Source: Lama glama (Eukaryota). Taken from it: a DNA stretch of 64,000 nt. The notes beneath the pieces are model-generated. The model was not told where the DNA came from. It did no database searches and saw only the letters and a list, made by a program, of their open reading frames with translations. Of this stretch, positions 12,801-26,350 are shown piece by piece. Made by a program: the position numbers and the translations under genes. Each line of letters starts with the position of its first letter. The stretch's first letter is position 1. The stretch is taken from the NCBI GenBank assembly GCA_028534125.1, contig CM052816.1, forward strand, positions 61,692,001-61,756,000, in the 5' to 3' direction.

Positions 12801-15800
12801 ATGTTCATTTGAGTGTGTTGGAAGCACACATCCACACAATGAGCAAGAAGAAAATGTTGACGTGTTAGCACAAGGTACCCTCTTTCCCTACCTTCTCTTC
12901 TCTCTGTCACCCTCTCCCTCTCTTCCCCCAGTAGAGGGGACACTTACTGAAAACATTGCCCTAGATAGAAGGTTCTTTTCTGTCACATGCCTGGCTTCCC
13001 CATCTTGTGAGCCAGGTCCTAGCTGAGGGTGACTATTCCGAGATTCCGTTGTGAAATCTGTCTTCCTCCAGATTTATCTAGAGAAATGAAAACAGCCCAT
13101 CCTTATGAGCTCATGGGAAAATCCTGGCACTCTTGCCAGAGCATCGTAAGGGAAAGGCCATTGCTTCAGACAGACAGGGGCGTTGGAACCTGGAGTGGAG
13201 CGATCTCTCTTCACCAGAGCCCCACGTCTCAACTTTCCTCCTCAGCTCGTATAAATATACGTTGTGCTTGGTTTGCTGCTTATTCTAATATTCACAATTT
13301 GCCTACTCCTACTTGAGATGTGTAAGTTGCTAAATCCAGGGCAGGTCCAAGATCTTTCCCGATCTAACTCAACAGGAATTCTTGCCTATTCCCTCAGTGT
13401 CTGCCCAAAATAGGTACAGTTATGAGAGCAGCTGCCGCCCACAAAGTGCAGGCTGCCGTCCCCTGGGCTGTGGATCAGACAGAGGGAATGAGAGAGGGTT
13501 CTTGCTAAGAGGGCCTGTGGCAGAAGCCTGGAGGCACACACTTGCCAGACAGAAAATAGCCCAAGATGATGATCTCAGCTTATTCCTGATTACTGCTAAT
13601 TTCTAGTTGCTGTACTGAACACAGAGTTAGAAACAGTCTGTGCTTGGAGGGTTTGCAGTCTAGGCTGCCAGTGGCATGCCCCGTGCACGAGGCTGGTCAA
13701 TAAATATCACTTGATGAGCCGGGGGTCTGGCAGGGGCATGGTGGGGGGGTGACGGGGGTGGAGGGGGGACAAACTGGCTCCCTGAAGAGTTCAAGCACTC
13801 AGTACAAGAGGAGAGAAATGGGGATTCTGCCAGCAGTCAAAGTCTGGCCTGGTTGAGAAGGAGTAACAAAATGATAAATAATCATTCCTGTTTATGAGCA
13901 AGGAGATTTTAGGCCACAGGACTCAGGTACTTCTGAACTCCTGCCCCTGCCCAGCAGCCTCAGGAAGCATTGGAGAACAGAATCTTCCCAATTTTTGAGA
14001 AGGAGTTGAGCATTATGGAGACCTGAGCCAGCTTTCCCATGGCTGGATTGTTACAAATTGCCCTCAAGGTAGGTTTCGTGGCTCCCAGCCAAGGGATGCA
14101 GTTTTCAGACCTCATGTCTCCTTCTCGGGACTTTTCTGATACAGTGTCACCTGTCAAACATTCAAAAAGCTCTACGGCCCAACCCGGTTTGGCTTTGAAT
14201 TCAATTTGGCAACAGTTGGCGGTGTGAAACGGAGACCTTTCCCCAAGAGGCAAGAGTAAGCGTGGCCCTGGAGGGGTGTCCCCTGCGGGAGAGAAGCAGG
14301 CAACACCAGACACCTCTGCTTCCCTGAAGTGTGGCCTCCACAAGTGACAGACATGACAGACTCACTCCCTAGTACTCAGATCATCTTCTGAGACACTGGA
14401 TGACAGTTGGCCAAGAAGAGGCTCCACACCTGGCTGGCCCAGCTCAGACCTCTCTCTGAAAATAGTATGTGACTCCAAAACCTCCATTCAGCTAGTCTGG
14501 GACAGTTTGAAATGTCTAGAACCTGCTTAAAACAACAAGAAAACTAAACGGCTTCCCTACAGACATGGCTGCCAACTTGATCATCAGCAAAGGGAAAAAA
14601 TCAATATGCTGAATTACCCTGAAAAAATGAAATGGAAGCCAACTAGATTAACCAAAAAGGCAAGATCCATAGCTCTTAAAAAAATAATCACCAGACACCA
14701 CCAAAAAGGCTAAAATATAAAGTCAGGAGTTGCCAGTCAGTAGAGACTTGGCATGTTGAACGTGACGGACCAGCCGTCCAAGATGACGGGACTGTTGTTG
14801 ACGGGTACAGGCCTCCAGGGAGATGGGCTTTGGATGATGTTGTCATGGCCCAATCATAGTTGTTTACATCTGTTCCTTGGAATATTAAAGCAGCTTTGTC
14901 CTCCAAGCCTCAAGCCCCCTTGGAAGCGCAGACAGCCCTGTCTTGAGAAGATTCCTCCAGGCACAGGTCAGCTAGAGGGCACAAGGGGACACTGTGGCAG
15001 AAGAAGCATTAGATGAGGGGTCAGAAAGGCTGTTTTCCACTTCTGCCTCTGTCAGCAGAGTTTCCTGCTGACACTGCTTCAGTTTCCTCTGGGCAAGGTG
15101 GGGCTCAGACTTCCCTACCCTCTGTGTGGATGTGAAGCTCCAGTGACATCTCACATGTAAATTGCCAGGTCCCGAGGCTTTCGGTGTCCCAGGGCAATTC
15201 CACCATCACCTTGGTTTGCAGTAGATCTTGAGTTGATCCAGTGTCGCCATGTCAGTCACAGAGACGGGCTTCGCCTGCCACCTCCCCCCACCAATTCTTG
15301 GAGTGTGAGTATATCTTTAGATGTTCCTGTGAATTATTGCTCCTGTTGGATGATTGCCAACTAGAGACGGAAGCGTTACCCCAGTCTATGCCCTGTTCCT
15401 GGATGTGTTTGCTAGAATCTAGTGTTCACTCTACTCCAGGCCAAGATACTGAAGATTCTGGCAAGGCTTAGGGTGTCTCCTAAACCTACCCCCAAGAATC
15501 AATCCCACAGAAGAGCATTTGACAAGTCCTCAGAATCAGCATGATTATCTCCGTGGTAGAGGGGGAAACTGAGAAGACAGGACTGAAAACAGAGATGCAG
15601 CTCTTCATGAGAGGAAAAGTTTGAGGTGATCACAGGGAATGCATGAAAACAAATCAACACATGGAAACCGTGAGTTGAAATCAGATTGGGATAGACTAGA
15701 CTCGATGCACTTTGGGGTGCCCGCCCAGCCCCTCTTCTCTGAGAAGGGCCCCCTCACCCGTCAGGTGGGGGCCTCGCAGCCATATTTGTGTAGTGTGGCT

Positions 15801-16579
15801 CAGCTTCCGTGGCTTCAGCTGATCAGGTGGGGCCTCAGTGTGGATGGGCTGATGGAATTTCCCTGGGAATGTGGAGCTGGGATTTAAGAATGCAGCCAGG
15901 CTCTGGGCATGGCCGGACCTGCAGGTCATATAAACTTGTTCTCTGCGGAGCAGACATCTACTGCCATGTGCATGGTGGTGCAGGAATGCTGACCTAAATA
16001 GAGAAGAGAAAAAACAGACACATAAGGACAGCCAGAGGGGAGAGCCCCCACAGCCTCAAGGAGAGAGTGGCTGCCTTAGTTCCTGGCAGCCACCCAGGGG
16101 CTGATTCCAGTCCCTTGGGAAAGCAGCTCCTTCCCTGCTATTCCATGAGACACTTCTCAGTCCTTACACCACATCCTCCTTTCATCACTCACACTAGATT
16201 GAGTTCATTTCTCTTCTATGCAATTCTATAATATAATTCGGCAATATAATAATCCAAAGGAACTCAAGACCCTTGCTGATCAAATAAAGTTTAGACTTCA
16301 TTCTACAAGCGATAGGGACAGTGCACAGCCAGTAAAGTGGTAGCTCCTCAAACCACCACTTAGAGAAAATGTTGAAATGTATCTGACACAACATCTTCAC
16401 ATAACAGCCACTCAGTGAATGGTTCCTGAGTGGTACAAAGTCAGGATAGGACTTAAGTCATGTGTAGGATGCTATATTTAGTATAAGAAAGGAAGATGAT
16501 GAGAAAATACTGCTGGTATGTCTGACTAATCATCATGATAATTGAATGATCTGTTACTTATGGCACAATACCTGGGGAC

Positions 16580-17150
16580 CTCCATCTCCTCTAGGTAGTG
16601 TATTTGTAGAGTATGTCCATATATTCTGGCACCTAGTGGTGTTCAGACGGTACAAGAAAGGCAATATTTATGGAATCTTCTTTTATATATGGTAATTACA
16701 AACAGATGGATGTACATTTCAAAATACTTCCAAGGAAAGATGTTTCCCCAATAGATATAAATATTAGACAGATGCTAGACAGGGGAAACCTAGACATTTC
16801 CTCCCCAGTGACACAGGACTTCTCAACCCTCCTCCCATTACGCTATGCTCGAGACCGTGCTAGGGACCAAAGAGGAAGAGACATGGGCAAACTAGAGATT
16901 GACCACATAAATCACCATATGAGGGGACTTTACATTAAGGCGTGAGGTCTTGGACCAAAGAATGCTTGGCATGGAGATTAATTCTTAGTCTTTACTCCTG
17001 TCTTTAAATATTTAAAAAATTTTCAAATTGGAGAGGAATTAGACTTTGCCATAGGCTGATCCAGAGGAGGCAACTGCAGGGGCACATTTCCCATCCAAAA
17101 AAAAGGCAATATTATCCCAATATTATATATTTAGGATGGTTTTTCTACTC
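16580..17150 (+). mobile_element. CR1/L3 LINE 3' fragments (interrupted)
   Basis: ctgtctttaaatattt...ggagaggaattagacttt...gatccagagg and gacatgggcaaactagag resemble the L3 RT C-terminal region. Confidence 0.5.
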
Positions 17151-17253
17151 CTTCAGATAGCAGCTGCCATGCTTGGCCTCTCGGCGGGCCAGTCACGGAC
17201 CCCCTGCCTTGGCCTTTCCCGCTGTTTGGTACAGGAATTCCCCTTTCCATCAG

Positions 17254-17614
17254 TGTCTCTGCCTGTTCAGGCTGCTGTAATAAAACACCACAGACTGGTG
17301 GCCTATAAACCGCAGAGATTTATTTCTCACAGTTCTGGAGGCTGAGAGGTCTGAGAGCAAGGTGTCAACACGTTCACATTCTGGTGAGCACGGTCTTCTG
17401 GGTTCAGGGCCAGTGCCTCTCCCTGTGTCACGTGGTGGAAGGGGCCAGGGAGCTCTGTGGGACCCTTTTTTATAAGGGCACTAATCCCATTCACGAGGCT
17501 CCACCCTTAGGACCAAAGCGCCTCCCAAAGGCCGCACCCCCTCAATACCATCGTCTCTGAGGTAAGAAGCTCAACATATGAATCTGAGGGGACACCAACA
17601 TCCAGACTATAGCA
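17254..17614 (-). mobile_element. MLT1A-type MaLR solo LTR, full length
   Basis: TG...CA termini; atttatttctcacagttctggaggctg and ataagggcactaatcccattcacgagg motifs. Confidence 0.9.
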
Positions 17615-18197
17615 ACTGGGTTCTTGTTACAAGCAACTGAGAGAGTACTGCACAGGAACTAACTAAAAGAGCTGCCTAACCAGACGCAGGCTGTCCCTCA
17701 GCAGTCAGGTCCCGCGACGGGGCATGTCCACAGAAGGGCTGGAGGCAGCTTAAAGGGGGCGTTGGGGGAAGGGAAAGACCAAGACGCCCTCTGCACGAAC
17801 CGTGGTCCTTCCAGCTTCTTGAGCACTCAGTAATAGGAAAACTCTTCTTTCACAAATCAGCCATTGGCAACTAGGAAATAATACATGTCACATGCCACAC
17901 ACACATGCACACAAGTCAGCGAAATGCTGTAAATATGTTAATATTGTACTCAATTACAATTTAAATTTATTACTCAACTCCCCTTGATTAATTACCTCTC
18001 TTCCTAACCTCTAAATTCCTTGAGGACAGGGTCTGTGTCTTTCTGTGGTTATTTGGGTTTGGGGTTTTTGTTTTTCTCTATCCAGCACCTGGCTTAAACA
18101 TTTTGTATAGAATTGAATATAGGTGGATCTTTGTTTTTAATAGTTTTCAGCTTTTAAAGGAAATGACTTACTTGGATTCAGGAATTTAACTGGTAAG

Positions 18198-18575
18198 TGT
18201 ACTATCCTGGTTGGCATGGGCTACTAAAGCAAGGTATCATGGACGGGAGGCTTGAATACCAGGTATCTGTCACAGTTCTGGAGGCTGGAAAGTCCAAGAA
18301 CGAGGTGCTGACAGATTCAGGTCCTGCTGAGGACCCTCCTCTTGGCTTGTAGATGGCCACCTTCTCTCTGGGTACTCACGTGGCAGAGGCGGGGGGAGAG
18401 AGTACTCTAGTGTCTCTTCTTCTTCTTACGATGACACTAATCCCATCATGGGGGCCCCACCCTCATGACCTCATGTAACCCTATTACCCCTCAAGGTCCC
18501 CAGCACCAAATACCATCACACTGGGCTTAGGGCTTCAGCATACACATCTGGGGGGCAAATATTCTGTCCATAACA
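18198..18575 (-). mobile_element. MLT1A/B-type MaLR solo LTR, full length
   Basis: TG...CA termini; cacagttctggaggctggaaagtccaag and ccaaataccatcacactggg motifs. Confidence 0.9.
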
Positions 18576-19171
18576 GGCACTTATTAAGAAAAGAAACTCT
18601 CACTAGTCTCACCCAAGAACCAGACTTCCTCTTGGAGGAAGAAGAAAATGCTTATTAAAACTGTGCACTGGGTTGAGTTCTGCCTTCCCACCTCCCCGAG
18701 GGCAGCCTGCCATCTGGGGGTGTTAGGAGCAGACTCCTTCCTACCCCAGGGTGGGGCTGGCCCTCGTGGCATGTTGTCCCACTGCTATGAGATGACATCA
18801 GTGTCAGATTTCTTACCTTAGCCCTAGACATGACAGGACATGGAGCTTCCTTCCAGAAATCAATCATTATAAAGTGAGCCCCACCAAACCCCCAACAGAA
18901 AGCACCACATGACTGCGGGCTGAACCTCACAGGCCGACACAGGGCAGCAGAAGCTGTGAGAACGCAGAAGCAAGAATTCTTGAGGATTTGGCCCCTTTGG
19001 AAGCCCTCTTTGCTCCCCAAATGGCTATCCACGAGTCCTCACAGATCACCATAGGGAAAAGGCCTCAGATGACCTTTCCACAAACAACTGTCAATCACCA
19101 TCCAACAGCGCCCACTGGGCCCTGGAATTACGGAGCATGGGGAAGCACTGGGGGAACTTGAGGGGTCGTAA

Positions 19172-19235
19172 TCTTTTTCTTTCTTTTCTTTTCTTTTTCT
19201 TTCTTCTTCTTCTTCTTCTTTTTTTTTTTTTTTTT
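19172..19235. repeat. Pyrimidine tract (TTTTC)n-(TTC)n-(T)n
   Basis: Directly visible. Confidence 0.95.
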
Positions 19236-20499
19236 AATAGAGTACAGGCCTTTACAGGGTGAGGGTGACCAGACATAACTGTGATCTCCGTTCCTGGAGA
19301 GAGAGAAAACTTAAAAATCACTTAATTATGACATGTGGGCTTAATATTAACAAGCTCAGAAGTTTTCCAACACCCTTCCACAAAGCTGCTCAGCCTCCAA
19401 ATGACTTCAGCTGCTCCGAGACAATTCACTCTGTGTCTGGAGCATCAATTTGATTTACAAAGCATTTCAAAATATTTATATATTTTTTAGGGTTTCCATC
19501 ACAGCCTTAGCCAGTAACCTGCTGTGTTTGAAAATGTCTGGGCAGTAATTGTCATTGTTTGCAACAGCTATTTTGGACTCCAGCGAGTGCCATGGTATTT
19601 TGTAGAATCTAGGAATGCAATTACCAAAATTGTATACATAATCCAAGTGACCTCCTGGCTTCAGAAGCTCAACCCCTAGGAAAAAAAGGATAACAACAGC
19701 AAAACGTTTGTTTAATTTTTCTTCTGTAGTTGGTCAGTGGTAGGTGGATTATATTATGGCCAATTTGGCAAAAAGATGATTAGTGCAACAATTCCTTATA
19801 AGTACAAAACAATGTTGAATTAAACATACAAGAAAGAATATGGCTGGGATGACGGGCTCTTCTGACCCACTTTCTTACCTAAGTGTTTGTGGAGGAAATT
19901 GGATACAGAGGGGACGTCTGGGTCTTGTAATGACTCATCCTTCATGATGCAAGAGATTGTTTTTTACCAATAAAGAGAGGGCTCTCTAACGTCATTTAAA
20001 AACAAGTGGCTAACAGTCAAGATGCCTTCATAAAACAACAACAGTAACCAAAAAGCCAAAAAAACCCCAAACACTTATTCGGTAAGAAAGAGGTCATTCT
20101 GAAGGCAGTAAATGAATTTGCAAGTTGCCACGACTGTCATTAGGGATTTAGGTTTCTTGGATCTTATCAGTTTCTGACAGGCTCGAGTTACTCCCAAATT
20201 ATTTTTCCCTCTCCTGTGTTTTTCTGCTTTCAGATACTATCTGGAAACCGTGAAAGCCCTCCCTTAGTGTGAAACAGAGTCGCTGGACCTAAGTAAGGAA
20301 TCGGTGAACACAACTTCTTGATTTCCAGCAGATCAGTGGCTTGGGTAACTCGGTTGCTAGAAGTACAGGATGGCCAAGAACAATTTCAAAACTTCCAGGC
20401 TTCCTTTAAGAAAAAAGCCAATAATTTGTCAACTAGAAATGACCAGGATCGTTTTGCTAGTCCTTTTCAGGCCTAAGCAGCAGCTCCCCTCTCCTGTCT

Positions 20500-21230
20500 G
20501 TCTGCAGGCGTGACAGTGCCCGTTGTCTGGACCCGGCGAAGGTCAAACCTTTCCCTCCGATCTAGCGCTAGGTGGGTGACATGCCCCGCCTGCTGCCCTG
20601 GGCCTTCGCTTGGTGGCGGTCCTTGCTTTCCGGCTTGTTCCGGAAGTGTCAGGAAACTAAAATGAAACCAGCCCTAAGCAGGTCCTCTGAAGCCCTCTGG
20701 GAGCCCGAACCTCCCTGAAGTGACTCAAGACCAAAGAAATGGGACCCGGCAGACCCAGGGTCCTCTCGCAGTTTGGGGTTCATTTTTATTTAATCTCCTT
20801 TACCAAACCCTTCCCTTCCTCTCCGGTTTCCTCACTCCCGCGTGGAGTTATACCAAGTGTGGACAAACACCCTCCAGCCTCCACACCGCCTGAAACGCCG
20901 CTCTCAGCCCGGCCTGGCTCCCAGACATCTCCGGGGACAGCAAACGCATCGCGCCAGGAGCGCACACAGGGCCTGTCTCCGAAGGGAAGCTCTGCCAGCG
21001 AGTTTCTGTTGGGGAAGGGCTCCGTCAAGACGGGCTAATCACTCCCAGGCGAGCTGGGTGCCGCAGGATGGTGTGTAGACAGCTGTCGGCCCAGAGAGCC
21101 GAGGGAGGGGACCTGAGCCCAGACTCGGGAGGTGCTCAGATAGTGGTAATAATAATTATATCTAAAGTGCCCGCCACCTCGAGAGGTGACCTCATGCGCA
21201 GTCTCTTGATAAATCATCCCCCAGAGCTCC
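20500..21230. promoter_or_regulatory. CpG-enriched promoter/enhancer-like segment (GC box, ETS, IRF-like, AP-1)
   Basis: GCCCCGCC 20583-20590, CCGGAAGTG 20640-20648, GAAACTAAAATGAAACC 20653-20669, TGACTCA 20721-20727; local CpG retention. Confidence 0.6.
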
Positions 21231-21663
21231 AGCGGGAAGTTCTCTTCCAGGAGGCTCTCCAGTTTTCTCTTTTCAGATTATGCACAAGACCAAGATAAAA
21301 TATCTTCGTGGCTACTGTTCACATAAATTATATGGCTCCGAAATGCCAATTTTGCATCCAGACAGGCAAATCTTTCAGCCAAAGGAGCTTTTATAATGTA
21401 AGCTTTACTAGGTACTTCCTCCCGCTTTCATGTCTACTCAGTTCCCCCGGTTTGTCTTTTATTACTGTAAGCATGGCTTTTGATGAAAGGAAATGAAAGC
21501 ATTGACATTTTTGTTCATTCATTCATTCATTTTAAAAGGAGACTGATGCTTTTGTGATGTAAAGATGTTCCCTGGGAAGCAATGACAGCCCTGCTGGAAG
21601 AGTGGATTTAACAACAAATAGATTACTCTTGCAGAATTTTTCCTTGTGCCAGGAAAGCAAAGT

Positions 21664-21763
21664 NNNNNNNNNNNNNNNNNNNNNNNNNNNNNNNNNNNNN
21701 NNNNNNNNNNNNNNNNNNNNNNNNNNNNNNNNNNNNNNNNNNNNNNNNNNNNNNNNNNNNNNN
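21664..21763. other. Assembly gap (100 N)
   Basis: Exactly 100 n; true length unknown. Confidence 1.
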
Positions 21764-21769
21764 GTTCTG

Positions 21770-22700
21770 GTAATGCCAGCCAGTCTATGGGACAGGTTTG
21801 TGGGAGAGTTGTTCTTTAGAATTCTATCACCAGGTGATACTGGTCCTAATTCTGTTGTTTGGAGCAAAATACAAGACATTCTGTTTTCTACCTAAGGGCC
21901 TTCAAATATTTGAGGATAACCAGTGTTCCCACTCCGTCTTCTGTTCTCTCGGTTTCTGTCCCTTTGATCTCTCTTCATATGGTATGGTTTCCAGATCCCT
22001 CAGGTCCTACCTCATCCACTAAACCTACTCCAGAGATCAGTGTTTCTAAACTGCGATGCCTCGACCTGAACGCGGTATTCCGGGTGCTCTGTGGATCACA
22101 TTCTCTGCTCCACACAGTACAATTCTCTTCCCAGAGCTGGCTCACTTGTTGACCTCAAAGCCAACTTTCTTCCTCAATGAACTGGTATCACGCCATGTTA
22201 CCCCTATCCTGTACTTACTTTTAATGTAAAATTTATATTTATCCATAATTTTAAAAATCCGCTTGATGCTTCTGGTCTTGGTTGTGTCTCAGTTCTGACA
22301 TTTTTGTGTACTTGCTGACTTTCTCTTACTAACATTTATCAGAATCCTGGGTAACAATGTTGCACAGGATATGGACAATGCCTGAGATGTGTGGCATGCT
22401 GCTGGCCCTCCCTCCAGATAGAAACTGATCCACTGGATGGCATTTCGGATTCTGCTCTTACTCACTTCCTACCATTCAATTTGTCCTTCTATGTCCCATA
22501 CTTAGCCCAGGGCCGGGCCCGTGTAACTCCACCGTTTACTGAATGAATGCCATCCACTGTATTTCTCCACTCAGTGCACAAGAGTAGACACTTTACATAA
22601 ATCTTGCTAAGTGGAAGATAAACTGTCTGCATTGCCTTCCCTAATCTGTTGACGTGGCAGCCCATGTAAGAGGAAACAAGTTTGTTTAGAATAACTAACT
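21770..22700 (-). mobile_element. CR1/L3 LINE reverse-transcriptase remnant
   Basis: Minus-strand peptide NKLVSS...GKAMQTVYLPLSKI resembles CR1 RT TNLISF...GKAVDVVYLDFSKAF; ccttcaaatatttga and (rc) gctccaaacaacagaattaggacc match the L3 3' region. Confidence 0.65.
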
Positions 22701-23265
22701 CAGGGTCGCATTCTTTCCCAACCACGACCTGTGCTTTGGCACAGTGTACTGGCTGTGGCTGGGAGCTCAACCTTCTCTGGAGTTTGCCTAATCTTCTGAT
22801 TAAGTCCTGGTCCTCGGTTTTCTCTGCCATCCTGCAGGAGCTGGGAGCCTTTCTGTATGATACCTGGAAGGCCCTTTGCTTTCACACTTCATTTTCTATT
22901 GCCTTTATTTGCTTTCAGCCTTTTATTGCCTCTTCCTAAGGTCCATGGAGCTGAGCAATAGCCATTCAGTTTCACTGGCTTTACAGTTACTATTTGCCTC
23001 ATAGACCTCAGAAGCCTGATACTTTGCCCCAACCTGTGTATTCCCTTCTACCAGTATAACATCCCAGTGGAGTTTTTAACAATCAGACTTCCACCTGTGC
23101 TAGGTGTTATTTTGTGCTCGACCCACCACCAGACAGGCTATAAAATGATCCAGCTCCAAAACCCAATCTTATCATCTGTGCTCCCAGACCCGTCCTGGTA
23201 CCAACCAGGAAGCAGACTGAGACAGAACACATCATGCAGGATGTTTATGAGGGAGTACTCTTACC
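22700..23265 (-). mobile_element. Ancient ERVL 5' segment: LTR U5 fragment, PBS, leader and gag N-terminal remnant
   Basis: Peptide AEKTEDQDLIRRLGKLQRRLSSQPQPVHCAKAQVVVGKECDPE resembles ERVL/MaLR gag (AENQTQ-LI-RVAELQRKLNSQP...ALIGKEWDPE); PBS-like TGGTACCAGGA at 23203-23193; adjacent LTR33/LTR41-like sequence. Confidence 0.75.
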
Positions 23266-23689
23266 ATAAACCCCTGAATGACCCCCAAATGCAAGTCAGC
23301 TGTGTTATCAAGGTTCAATCAAGAAATAGTAATGTATTGGAACTCTGGAGGGAGAACTGGCTGTGTTAAACTTCCTAACAGACGATGACTTTTGGTCCTG
23401 AGATAGCATCTTCTTGAGGAAATGTCAAGGGGGATTTGACTTCATATGAACCTCATATTGTACCGAGGAAAGGAACCCCCATGTGAGCCTGTGCCACTGC
23501 CCTCCACTGTTTCCCTGGGACCTTTGGCTCACTCGCCTTCACCTGTTCTCTCTAGTCTCACGTCATTCCCGAGGGTGGAAAGCAAACATGAGTGCACTGA
23601 CACAGGACTGAGGGGAAACCTGCCCACATCACAATTGTGTCCACATTCAGAGGTAAATAAGCCAAAAAGTATTCTCACTGCTCACCATA

Positions 23690-26350
23690 CATTCACTGAT
23701 CTACTCAGTCATTCAACAAGTATTTACTACCGTTCGCTATATGCCACGCACCGGGAGTCAAATGTAAAAAGCCACAGGCCCTGCTCTTAAGTTACTCCCT
23801 CATGGACAGACAGAAATATAACCAAATAATGTATTAGTGATCAAATAAAACATGTCTGTGCAATATATGTACAGAGGTACAGAAAGAAACATGGCATAAT
23901 GAACTTGAGCCCAGATCTTGGAGCTGTGAGACCTGGGTTTGAATCCTGGCCCTGGAAACTAACCATGAAGACCTGGGCAGGTCACTTAATTTATCTAAAC
24001 CTCAATTCCCAAGTTCTTTTTTGGACATAACAATCCATATAGACTAATGGTTAGTGGCAGAGAAACTAGTATATAACATATATGTGATACATTATTATCA
24101 TTATCATTATTATTCACATTGGCCACCAAAGGAAGACAAAGGAAGATTACTCTAAATCTGCTTAAGAAAGTTATGGCAAGCATCCCAGATCTCAGTTGTC
24201 TTGAGCTGGCCAAGTTGACATAGGAAAAAGCACATTCTAAGCAGAGGGAAATACTCATGCAAAGGCGCAGAAGCCTGAAAGATAATGACAAGCATCAGGA
24301 ACAACACTGAGATAATCAGGGTGATGCACGTCCAGAAGGGGCATGAAATGAAATGGGAAATGTCCGCTTCTGCCAGATCATAAAAGAGAGGGACACTATG
24401 CTATCTTGGGTACCTCACATATGAACTTTAAGAAGAGGAGGAACACAACTGGCTTTGCGTTTTTATAAAGATAACTCTGGCTACAATGGAGAGAATAGAC
24501 TGAGTAAATGAGCCAGTTAATCAATGAGACCAGTTAGGAGGCTACCACCTCTACTGGGCAGGGTTGGCAGAGACAGAGAGTAGAAAGGATAAGAGATAAG
24601 CTATGTTGACTGAATGGATACTGGATGAGAGAGAGGGAAGAGTCAGAAAGTGACTCCCTGTCCTCTAGATTGTGCTTCTGGGGGAATATGGACCACAAGG
24701 AGTGGACTAGATTGGGATGTAGTTGGAAATATGCATCTGGAACCCAAGGAAGAGATTCTACAAATGGACATTTGAGAGCCGTCAATGACTAGGTGGTAGC
24801 TGGTGTAATTAATTCACCAAGTCCAGCGCTGAACTAGGTTCTGGAGATGCTATGACACGGACCTTATGGACAAGTAGGGAAAGGTAATACATTTAATAAG
24901 TCATTTTCATAAGAATTGTGATGAGCAGTGCTGGGATCAAGGAAATATGGAACACCTAACCTCGTTTAGGGTTCAGAGTCTCTCTGACAAAGTGGTATTT
25001 TACACTTTGACTTTAAGGACAAGTTGCGACTAGCTGAAGAAGAGTGATGCAGCAGAATACGTGCCATGTACAAAGGCCCAGAAGTGAGAGAGAGTGCACA
25101 GCACAGTGGGGCGCACCAAACACGACAGCAGGAACGTAAGAGACCAGACAGGAGAAGCAAGCAGGAGCGAGGGTGTGCAGGGCCTGGTCAGCCTTGGGCA
25201 GGAACTTGGACTTTTAAATCAGGAGGGTCTTGATAAGGCTTGAGTTCTAGGAAAGTCATGGCAGCTGCACTAGGGGAACGACACAGAAGGGAGGGAGACT
25301 CTTCGCAGAAATCAACCAGAAGGATTTCAGTGGACTGATGAGACTGATGGCAGGAGGTACACACAGAATTAGCAGAGAACAGGACAGATTTGATTTATTA
25401 TATTAATCAGGACTCTCAAAGAAACAGATACGACCTCCAAGAAGTCCTGCTAAAGATAGGAAACATTTTGGCTCCTGCAAGCAAATCACAGGAAGGCAAG
25501 GGAGCTGGTGGCCCTGCAGGGCTGGAGAGGGGAATGGAATCCTGCCGTTTCTTTCTATTTCTGTTCTCATCTCTGCTTATCTCTGGAAGTCAGCTGTTCA
25601 CTCTTTCAGGCCTCGGTACATGACTTGGTGGTGGCTCTGAAATCATGTCTTCACAGATTCTGATGAAAGGAGGAGTCCTGCTCACTATGATTCAGAATAG
25701 ATTCAGAATATAGGGTCCCCCCTGTTATTGGCTGGGCTTGGATCATGTGCTTACACGTGGGCTCATCTCTGGATCCAAGGGTTCTTTGTCTAAGGACATG
25801 CTCTCATCAGTGCAGTGGTCAAGGAGGTAAGTGCTTTACCAGATGAATGGAGGAGAAATTCGGGCGGCCCCGGGCAGACAAAAAGGCACCGCAGAATTAA
25901 CTGAACTTGGTGGTTGATTGAAATTGATTGATTGATTGACTGTGGAGGAGGGGCAGGAGTGAGCCAAGGATGACACTTAGATTTCAAGCTGGGGTGCCTG
26001 GGAGGAGGCTGGAGCCATTCTCTTAGGAGACAGGGCAGAAGCAGGTTTGAAGGGGAAGACCGGAGTTCAGATTTGTACCTGGGGACTGCTAAGGAGCACA
26101 CAGAATCTCCAATATGAGAAGCCTAATAATAAGCTTGGTGCTCAGGAGAAACAGCTAAGCTGGACAGAGATTTGGGATTTGTCAGTGGTGAGAGGGTGCT
26201 GGCAGCCCCAGGATTGGAAGTGACCTTTCAGGGAGAATGTGGAGTAAGGAGTGCTTGAGGAGTTATTCTAGGAAGATGCAACATCCAAAGGGAAGACAAA
26301 AAACTAAGGAGCAGTAGGGAGGGGGAAACCAGGAGAGAACCCTACTGTTA
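23690..26350 (-). mobile_element. Cluster of L2 LINE fragments with a nested MIR (~23890-24030, +) and an old MLT1 (~25400-25800)
   Basis: cattcaacaagtatttact L2 tail; aaagataactctggctacaatggagagaatagact and similar L2 body motifs. Confidence 0.7.

Noticed and set aside
19091..19321. Poly-Lys/Arg ORF
   Set aside because: Translation of a T/TTC microsatellite.
21532..21895. ORFs spanning the N gap
   Set aside because: Artefacts of translating through unknown bases.
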